Of a DNA stretch of 64,000 nt, positions 63,676 to 64,000 are shown piece after piece. Positions within the stretch are counted from its first letter, which is position 1. Each line of letters starts with the position of its first letter. The stretch spans positions 1 through 64,000 of the forward strand of contig CBDANS010000004.1 in assembly GCA_965197745.1 (NCBI GenBank), given 5' to 3'. The notes under the pieces were generated by a model, which saw only the letters and a program-made list of their open reading frames with translations, searched no databases and was not told where the DNA came from. The DNA is from Opitutales bacterium. Its GTDB lineage: Bacteria > Verrucomicrobiota > Verrucomicrobiia > Opitutales > PNEW01. The position numbers were made by a program, and so were the translations under genes.

Positions 63676-64000
63676 ATGAATGGGGGCAAATTAGTTGCAT
63701 TCGACGTTGGTGAGACACTAGTTTCGTACAATGGTGTTCCACTAAATTGGAGCGAGAGTTATCGCGCAGCGATCAATACTGCACTCGAAAATTTAGGTGT
63801 CGAAGCAACATCTTCAGACATGGAGTTGTCTATATCTATTCTCAACTTCTACAACACACGCGTTAACCCCCGCACATTTGAGGTTAATGAAGGTGAGATT
63901 GTCCAGAAAGTAGCTATGGTATTCGGCGTCGATGTTTTGGATTTTGAACGTAATTTCTTTGCGTATTTCCAAAGGAGAGCAATCCCCGAACCGACGGCAT
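63676..64000 (+). CDS. HAD-family hydrolase, partial (runs off the window end)
   Basis: Manual translation MNGGKLVAFDVGETLVSYNG... is open to the end; HAD motif I-like FDVGETL. Confidence 0.75.
   Translation, partial: MNGGKLVAFDVGETLVSYNGVPLNWSESYRAAINTALENLGVEATSSDMELSISILNFYNTRVNPRTFEVNEGEIVQKVAMVFGVDVLDFERNFFAYFQRRAIPEPTA

Overview
Accessory-rich bacterial window. A Verrucomicrobiota/Opitutales-like host is inferred only from recalled protein-family resemblance. Left half (1-32 kb): a family of secreted modular proteins. Five loci in the window share a ~270-aa domain (4100-6565, 13120-15037, 21794-24022, 24590-26815, 43363-45351), and a sixth paralog (1-1094) is cut off before that domain. 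This half also holds two Kelch/NanM-sodium:solute symporter fusions, a BNR sialidase-like gene, a GH32-like glycosidase, MFS, amidohydrolase and Rieske genes, and a ~6.6 kb integrase/xis/prim-pol/resolvase element. Three truncated 5' tRNA-Pro fragments, each with the same promoter, sit directly upstream of protein genes, and REP-like palindromes carry nested micro-insertions. Right half (32-64 kb): degraded IS3-family copies and ends interleaved with single cargo genes, several defence-like (KAP NTPase, SIR2-like, NucS-like, PD-(D/E)XK, DUF5677, DUF6602), followed by LOG, FGE and HAD genes. No CRISPR array, rRNA, intact tRNA or reverse transcriptase was seen. Several frameshifts fall in homopolymers, so some may be sequencing errors.
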